Source: Podarcis gaigeae
Taxonomy: Eukaryota
Assembly: GCA_964106915.2 (NCBI GenBank)
Contig: OZ066914.1
Strand: one strand, 5' to 3'
Length of the DNA: 64,000 bases
The stretch's first letter is position 1. Each line of letters opens with the position of its first letter. The notes beneath the pieces were generated by a model. That model did no database searches, was not told the origin of the DNA, and was given only the letters and a program-made list of their open reading frames with translations. Below, in pieces: positions 58,001 to 64,000 of the stretch. Both the position numbers and the translations under genes were made by a program.

Positions 58001-58904
58001 TATCCCCACCAGCTAAAGCCACAGTGGCCCAAAGGCCTAATTAGGCCCACCAGGGCTTTGAATTTGGCCATGAATTAAGCCTTCCAGGCCATTTTGGGCA
58101 AACCAGCTGTCAGGTTATCTCTGGTGTAAGATAATGGAAAATGATGTGGAAATGCCCTGGAAAGTGTGAGATAACACTTGCTTCGAGATAACATCATTTA
58201 GCTTCCTTGCAAACCTTTAGATAGCAGGGAGATTAGACAAGGTTGGCTAACAAATGGGCATGGATGTTCAGTAAACAGGTTGCTTTGAAGCACCCTCGGT
58301 GTGAAAATAGGTGTATTACAATTACACAAAAAGCACTGTTTTTAACCTGTGAATTGTATTGATGCAGAGAGCACCAGAAAGCTATCAGGCACACTGGGAA
58401 CCAGACTGAGCCAAAGGCCAGCCCATTTCTTTTTTACTAGCATCCAGCAGGCTCTGGGCAGTTGTGTGGGAACGGAGGAAGCCCAGATTGGGCTGGGGGT
58501 GTTGGGACATATCTGAGAGCAGCTTGAGCAAGCTTGCCTGAACCAGGCCTGAGAAGCATGACCAAGTAGCCATATCTTGCTGCCCTGTTTGCTGATCCCT
58601 CCTTCTCATTCTGTGTCCTCTCAGGGCTATCCAGGAGAGCATGTTCCTTCAGGCGGGGCCAGGCCTGAGCCCAGTGGAGTCTGGAGGTGGCAACGGAGGC
58701 GCTCCTCCTCCCGAGAGCAGCCCACCTCTCAGCACCAATGGGGGTGGCTCCTCGGCCTTGCCCCCACCCTACCCCAGCTTTGACGAGCAGCTGCGCTTGG
58801 CCATGGAGCTGTCTTCGAGGGAGCAGGAGGAGAGGGAGCGCCAACGCCGCGAGGAGGAAGAGGAGCTGCAGCGCATCCTCCAGCTCTCTCTGACGGAGAA
58901 GTAG
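42758..58904 (+). CDS. ANKRD13D: Ankyrin repeat domain-containing protein 13D, full spliced CDS span, 15 exons, 1914 nt, 637 aa
   Basis: N-terminal ankyrin repeats ([28 protein letters not shown]), central ANKRD13 domain ([38 protein letters not shown]), four C-terminal UIMs ending [12 protein letters not shown]; located between GRK2 and SSH3. Confidence 0.97.
46424..46559 (+). CDS. ANKRD13D: ANKRD13D exon 2 (136 nt)
   Basis: [45 protein letters not shown]. Confidence 0.96.
47317..47441 (+). CDS. ANKRD13D: ANKRD13D exon 3 (125 nt)
   Basis: [42 protein letters not shown]. Confidence 0.96.
48103..48148 (+). CDS. ANKRD13D: ANKRD13D exon 4 (46 nt)
   Basis: [15 protein letters not shown]. Confidence 0.96.
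48538..48730 (+). mobile_element. tRNA-derived squamate SINE
   Basis: A-box TAGCTCAGTGGGAGAGC, B-box-like CCAGGTTCAGTC, tail AGTATAAGGCAGCT. Confidence 0.7.
48817..48960 (+). CDS. ANKRD13D: ANKRD13D exon 5 (144 nt)
   Basis: [48 protein letters not shown]. Confidence 0.96.
49086..49275 (+). CDS. ANKRD13D: ANKRD13D exon 6 (190 nt)
   Basis: [21 protein letters not shown]...[20 protein letters not shown]. Confidence 0.96.
50017..50083 (+). CDS. ANKRD13D: ANKRD13D exon 7 (67 nt)
   Basis: [22 protein letters not shown]. Confidence 0.96.
50230..50311 (+). CDS. ANKRD13D: ANKRD13D exon 8 (82 nt)
   Basis: [27 protein letters not shown]. Confidence 0.96.
51052..51113 (+). CDS. ANKRD13D: ANKRD13D exon 9 (62 nt)
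   Basis: [21 protein letters not shown]. Confidence 0.95.
51309..51439 (+). CDS. ANKRD13D: ANKRD13D exon 10 (131 nt)
   Basis: [43 protein letters not shown]. Confidence 0.96.
51714..51871 (+). CDS. ANKRD13D: ANKRD13D exon 11 (158 nt)
   Basis: [52 protein letters not shown]. Confidence 0.96.
52355..52672. mobile_element. Palindromic MITE (PIF/Harbinger-like)
   Basis: Inverted repeats GAATCCTGGAAACTGTAGTTTG / CAAATTACAGCTTCCAGAATTC; boundaries approximate. Confidence 0.6.
52861..53019 (+). CDS. ANKRD13D: ANKRD13D exon 12 (159 nt)
   Basis: [53 protein letters not shown]; donor AAG|GTAGGA in the phase needed for exon 13. Confidence 0.9.
54032..54195 (+). CDS. ANKRD13D: ANKRD13D exon 13 (164 nt), UIM1
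   Basis: [18 protein letters not shown]...[24 protein letters not shown]. Confidence 0.95.
54717..54796 (+). CDS. ANKRD13D: ANKRD13D exon 14 (80 nt), start of UIM2
   Basis: [26 protein letters not shown]. Confidence 0.95.
58625..58904 (+). CDS. ANKRD13D: ANKRD13D exon 15, coding part (280 nt incl. TAG), UIM2 end, UIM3, UIM4
   Basis: AIQESM...[41 protein letters not shown]. Confidence 0.96.
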
Positions 58905-59708
58905 CGTCCTAGCCTCCCTCAAGCCTCACACCGCCCAGCCTGGCTGTCCTTGCCGTCATTGTATTTTTAACCTCTGGGGGTGGGGTGGGGTGGGTTTCAT
59001 GCTTTGCCCCTTCCCAGTTGAGAGTCAGGCTGGATGTGAGAAGACAGCACCTTCTGCATTTCCTGGGACTCACTCGGTTCCATCCTCTGGTATTATTTCC
59101 TGTAAGATTTTTTTAAAAAAATTGCTTTATATCCTCAACCTTCACTGAGGAAATGTTTTCTACAGCACAGAGAGGCAGGTTGGAGAAGAGGAACAGCAAC
59201 AAATAAGAAGGAGACAGGATGTGGGGCGGGGGAGGGGAGAGACGTTGAGGAAATTTTCATCACCTCGGCATGAGATTTTTCATCACCTCGGCATGAGATG
59301 GTGAATGTGCTGCTTTCTCTTTCCTTGCAAGGGTTTGGGCCTGTTGAGGATGGGACCAAGTTGGGGAAGTGGCAATAGAAAGCGGTGGAGAAGCCTGGAG
59401 CTTGATGCGCTGATGTTTTGCGGCGAGACCTGAAACCAGGCTGCCGTGTGGTGAATAATTTTCAGTCCCGCATTTTATTTTCCTCTTCATTGTGAGCTGC
59501 TGCTCTCCCTGCCCCCCTTATTTTTAATTTATTTTATTTATATCTCTGAAGATATATACAAGAAGGGGAGTGGGAGGTATGTGGTTATTTTTTTTTTAAG
59601 AAACTGAACCCAGTGGGTCTAAAGGGAACAGCTGTGCCCACTCCTGAGCGGCTTTCTCCTGTCGTCTGGGAACCAGGCACAGGGGGCTCTGGGCAGCAGG
59701 AACTACTA

Positions 59709-59714
59709 AATAAA
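59709..59714 (+). terminator. Probable ANKRD13D polyadenylation signal
   Basis: AATAAA about 800 nt after the stop, followed by a TG/T-rich downstream tract. Confidence 0.7.
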
Positions 59715-59859
59715 ACTAAGAAACCAGCATCACTCTGCTGTGACGTTCTTCCGTTTTCTTCCATCTTGGTCTCGGGTTGCATGGCTGTGACATAAACATA
59801 AAACTTGGCTCCAGAACCTGCTAGGATTTCTGCGGCTCTCCTTATGAAAATTAGGAAAC

Positions 59860-60396
59860 ATGCTAATTAGTATACTCACAAAAAAACCCTGATAGTTTGA
59901 ACCATAAAAACATTATACCAGCATTATTTCATTCCTAATGATCCCTAGCATGGGATTCGCCTTTTTCACAGCTGCCACATGATCTGTTGACATCATTTTC
60001 ACCAAGATATCCACTATGACCACAAGCTCTTTCCTAGGCTGCATACAAACTGCACCCTTAAAGCACGTTCAGAACATATTGTCCCCAGAATTCTGGGCAC
60101 TGTAGTTTGTTCAATGTGACTGGGAACCGTAACCTTCTGAGAGGTGAACTACAGTACCCAGAATACTTTTGAGGGGGAATGTGCTTTGAATGTCCTTTAA
60201 AGGTATATAGTGTGTGTGTCACTGCCAGTTCAGACCCCATTACTATATATGTCAAATGAGGATTTATTCTACTTACACTGAATTGTGTTTGCTATTTTAA
60301 GTTCACCCAGTTTGGAGGAATTCTTTTGGAACTCCTTGCAATCCCTTGTTTTGTTTGGACAACCCAGAACAATTTAGTATCATGAGCAAACTTTGC
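59860..60396 (-). mobile_element. CR1 reverse-transcriptase fragment interrupted by a MITE (about 60037-60222)
   Basis: Minus-strand AKFAHDTKLF (degenerate FADD motif) and CR1-like AAVKKANPMLG.I segment. Confidence 0.7.
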
Positions 60397-61397
60397 TCCC
60401 TCAATACACTAATGGGACTCCATATGTTGGTGATAGTCTGTTCCATTTTGGTAAACAATAAGGTTTACAAGCTGCTTTAGGTTCTTCAACAGGCTATGTT
60501 GCTATTAATTCCCAATTTGGTGGAAGCAATAGCAGAGAGGGCAGGTGGGGGATGAGAGATGGAGAGAGGATAATACGATCTTTGAGTCGTAGAGTAGTAC
60601 CATCCTTTTTCTTACAACTGTACTCAGAAAGTGTTCAGTTTAAATCATTAAGTGAAATCTACACACTTCCTTTGCCCTCATTGCCCTGTTAGTCCAATGC
60701 CCCAGTGACAGTAAAGCAACAACTAGCTTAGTTCCTTGGCAGAGTCTAGCAATCCTCTATCCTCCACCTTTGCATCCTCCCTTCCTGCCAATAGTACACA
60801 GCCCTTGCACCATCTAGACCATGTGCATCATTTTGCACCAATACTCTTCCTTTTCCCCATTGCTCTTCATCAACACATCTCTGCCACTCCTTGTCCCTAC
60901 ATGTCCTTTCTTAACTTTAATCAAACCGACAACTTCCATCTTGCCTCAAAGAAACCAATGGATTTGTTCTTTGAGCCACTGAAATTATATGTCTGCTCAG
61001 CCAACATAGCATCATAGTTTTGGCCTGCCCAAGTGCAAATATATACATACACTGCGCTTTGTGTAAATCCTTGTTGGCCTTGCCTGACACAATGCATATC
61101 CCCATCTAGTGTGCATACACAGAACTGCAACTTGTCTCTATCTCTCTCTCTCTCCCTCCCCCGCACCCCCCTTGCTCAATCTTCTGCATGGTGCAATTTA
61201 GGAAGCCAGGCACGATGATTGTACACTGAAGAACCATGGCTGCCACGTGACAGCACAGTGACCTTAAACAGAGCAGGTGGCAATGGTACTGTTAAAATTG
61301 CTTTGGCTGGTTTCAGTTGCCAAGTCTCCCCTGCCAGTTCGGAAGGTGTGCAAGGGGCTCCCGAGAGCTGCTCTGCCTTAACCAGCTGCACTTTGGG

Positions 61398-61592
61398 GGA
61401 AGAGCTGTACCCAGTGGTAGTGCAGCACATGCTCTGCAACCAAAGATCCCGGGTTCAACCCCTGGTGTCTCCAGCTGGGGCTGGGAAACGGCTTCCCAAT
61501 CTGAAACCCTTAAGGAGGTGCTGCCAGAGAGTGCAAGCAATACAACTGACCTAGATGTGCCAATAGCCCGATTTGCTATAAAACAGCTTCAT
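61398..61592 (+). mobile_element. tRNA-derived SINE, same family as 48538-48730
   Basis: CAGTGGTAG...GGGTTCAACCCC...GGGCTGGGAAA...TATAAAACAGCTTC. Confidence 0.65.
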
Positions 61593-61991
61593 AATGGCCT
61601 GCAGTAATTTTGGGTCCAAATTGCAGCACTGTGTCATATAGGCTGTATTGGGGAATCAAGGGGGTGGGTAGGCTGAGTGTGCCGAGATTAGGGCTGCCCG
61701 CAGTGAACCTGGAAATCCTGCCTACTCCTTTCCAAAGCTCCAAAGCAACAAGAGATGCTGCTGCCTTTCACACTGCTGACCCACCTGCCCACACTCCTTT
61801 CCACCTGCTGGGTCTTGGGCAGGTAGGAAAGTGAAGTGGTTGTCCGCCCTTTCATTGGTTCTGTGTGTTTAAATATCAAATGCAAAGCAAACAATTCCAT
61901 TATGTTCACAAAGCAGCTTACATTAAGCAACAACAACAAAAAGCCCCAGGAATTAGCTGCAGTTCTTGCTATGTCTTCTACACTTAACAAA

Positions 61992-62106
61992 TCTCTCAGT
62001 TGGTAGAGCATGAGACTCTTCATCTCAAGGGTGTGGGCAGAAGATTCCTGCATTGCAGGGGGTTGGACTAGATGACCCTTGTGGCCCCTTCCAATTGTAT
62101 GGTTCT
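61992..62106 (+). mobile_element. Short SINE with tRNA head and CR1-derived tail
   Basis: CTCAGTTGGTAGAGCATGAGACTCTT head fused to GATTCCTGCATTGCAGGGGGTTGGACTAGATGACC tail. Confidence 0.7.
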
Positions 62107-63039
62107 TGGAGATTTAACTGGAAACTAGTGTGCACTATGCAACTTGCACTTTAATGTTTTAAAATATATGATCATTTCCTTTATTTTTTTTAAAAAAGCA
62201 TTCCCCTTACAAATGGCTAGTTGCTTGAAATGCTTTGGATCAAAACTGCTTCCAATGAGAACTGGTTAGCAATTTGAGCTTTTAGGGGGAAGAGCTGGGT
62301 GTCTGTCTGCTGGCAGCCTTCCGTAATATCCGAAGCATTTAGAATTTCAGCACTGCTGAGTTCTGAACAGATTTTACTTTTACCTTCGATAGCCTGGCCC
62401 GGCGGTATCAGCAGTTGGCGATGTTTGCAGGGCTGTGCTTGTGGGTGGCTGTGCTATGGATTAGGAAGGCTGCTTTTTAGATCCCGATATGCAGCGGAGG
62501 TGGCAGTGGGCTCCATGCGGCCGCCGTGCCTGATGTGGGGGGGGGGGGCGCTGTGCTGCTTCTCCAGCCTCTGATGTTCGGCTTTTCGCTCGACCACCTG
62601 CTGAGTCATTGTAGTAATATGCAGGGGGGGGGGGGCTGGCAGCAGCGGCAAGGCGTTAGGTTTCCATTTTAAGCTCCGACTCTGGTGTTAGCTGAGACTT
62701 TAACTCTGCATGCATGAAAACAAACGAACAAACACGGTGCCCGCCGCCCTCCCTAATGTTCAGGCCACAGCGGGAAGAGAGCCTCCTCCGTTTCACACGG
62801 CTGCACCAACACTCACAGCACTGCAGCAACCTCTGCACATCCTCAGAAGCATAAGAGCCAACTCCTAGGGGCCGCTGTGGTCCCTTCGCCGCCCCCCTTT
62901 ATAAAATATTTGAGCGCCCCCCTCCCAAAAAAAGAAGTTGATGGGCTTTGCCATTCAAATACTGTGCGTGCCATGTGATCGATTATGTGGGTCGGGGCTT
63001 ACCCCCTATATTTCATTCAAGTTGGCACTTCTGCTCAGA

Positions 63040-63920
63040 GGCGCTTGTTACCCCGCTTCCCACCATACGCAGGCCTAGCAGCACTCAGAATAGGTGCCGG
63101 GGCTGAGCCTTGGCCCCTGTGACGGAAGGGTGCCCCTGCGGCTTGGGGAAGCGAGCCCTGAGCAGCCTGACGCTCCTCCCACCTCCGCTCCCGGCTGGGG
63201 AAAACCCTCCCGCGTCTTGGGGCTGGTTCCTTTAAGAGCCTCCCGCCAAGGACGTGCGCGATTCCGCCGCGCAGCATCCTTGAGCTTCCTGGTTAAGGCG
63301 GCCGGGTGCAGGAGAAGAAAGTTTACGGCCGGCAGGTCCCACCCTGGCGTGACCCAGGGAGTGCGCGGAAGGCTGGGCACGCCCGCCCCCTGGAGGCTGT
63401 CTGCAGCGGCGGCAGCGGCGCCGAGTGGCACGATCTTTCCCCGTCGGCTCCCCGCGCGCTGCGAGCGGAGGAAGGGCGCAGCAAGCCGCGCATGGCGCTG
63501 GTGACCGTCTGTCGCTCCCCGTCGGGGAGCGGCCACTCGACCCCCACCGGCAGCAAGGTGAGCTCGCACGCCGCTTCTAGCCCAGCCTCAAGCCGCCCCA
63601 AGAGAACCGCACCCTGATCCCCCGACGGGACCCACACAGCAGCGGCTCTTCTTTTAGGCACGGCTGCGATCCATCATCCCCTTTCTGGGGCTGGCGGGGG
63701 CTGCTGTTTCGACGGCTGCGCCATCGTGTGCCCCGTTCTCGCCACCTCTCTCTCCCATTGCAAGCCGTATGCTGAGCTGTGCAAGCGACTGCACCTTACA
63801 CCATTTTGGCCCCGAAGGATCTGGCCGTTTGTTCTCGCACCTCCCTGCAGGGGCGCTGTCGGAAGAAGGACTGGCTTGCGCGGGGTGGGGGGCGGTATTG
63901 CGCAGAGAAGGGGGCCCAAG
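63040..63920. promoter_or_regulatory. CpG island: SSH3 promoter and exon 1
   Basis: Dense CpG around the SSH3 ATG, GC box GCCCGCCCC; boundaries approximate. Confidence 0.8.
63492..63557 (+). CDS. SSH3: Slingshot protein phosphatase 3, coding exon 1 (66 nt); gene continues beyond the window
   Basis: MALVTVCRSPSGSGHSTPTGSK matches the slingshot N-terminus (MALVTV.RSP); donor AAG|GTGAGC; inside a CpG island directly downstream of ANKRD13D as in mammals. Confidence 0.88.
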
Positions 63921-64000
63921 CGCCAAAGATCAGGCAACAGATTTCCCCGTGTCTCTAGTCTCTTCTTCCCAGTAGAGGGAGCTCCCTGGGGTGAAGCAGT

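Noticed and set aside
1-64000. CRISPR arrays, operons, defence systems, autonomous TEs, U12 introns
   Set aside because: Eukaryotic spliced locus; no repeat-spacer array, no intact transposase/RT ORF, and no GTATCCT-type donors at the annotated exons

Overview
Vertebrate genomic DNA, almost certainly a squamate and probably a lacertid lizard, judged from a Sauria/POM-type SINE plus squamate CR1, L2 and MITE repeats. Three spliced genes lie on the + strand, each starting in a CpG island. GRK2/ADRBK1 is complete (21 coding exons, 1735-37431, 691 aa, AATAAA at 39366). ANKRD13D is complete (15 coding exons, 42758-58904, 637 aa, AATAAA at 59709). Only the first coding exon of SSH3 is present (63492-63557). 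This order matches human 11q13. All introns are GT-AG and the exon phases join into uninterrupted frames. Most of the supplied ORF track is intronic or GC-rich noise. I found no convincing wholly new biological system. The best leads are: an out-of-frame, strong-Kozak overlapping uORF in ANKRD13D that stops 17 nt before an in-frame Met88; two near-perfect intronic hairpins in GRK2; an in-phase candidate cassette exon in GRK2 intron 15; a GRK2 C175S change; and degenerate Penelope-type hammerhead relics. Comparisons with human proteins are from memory and need database confirmation.
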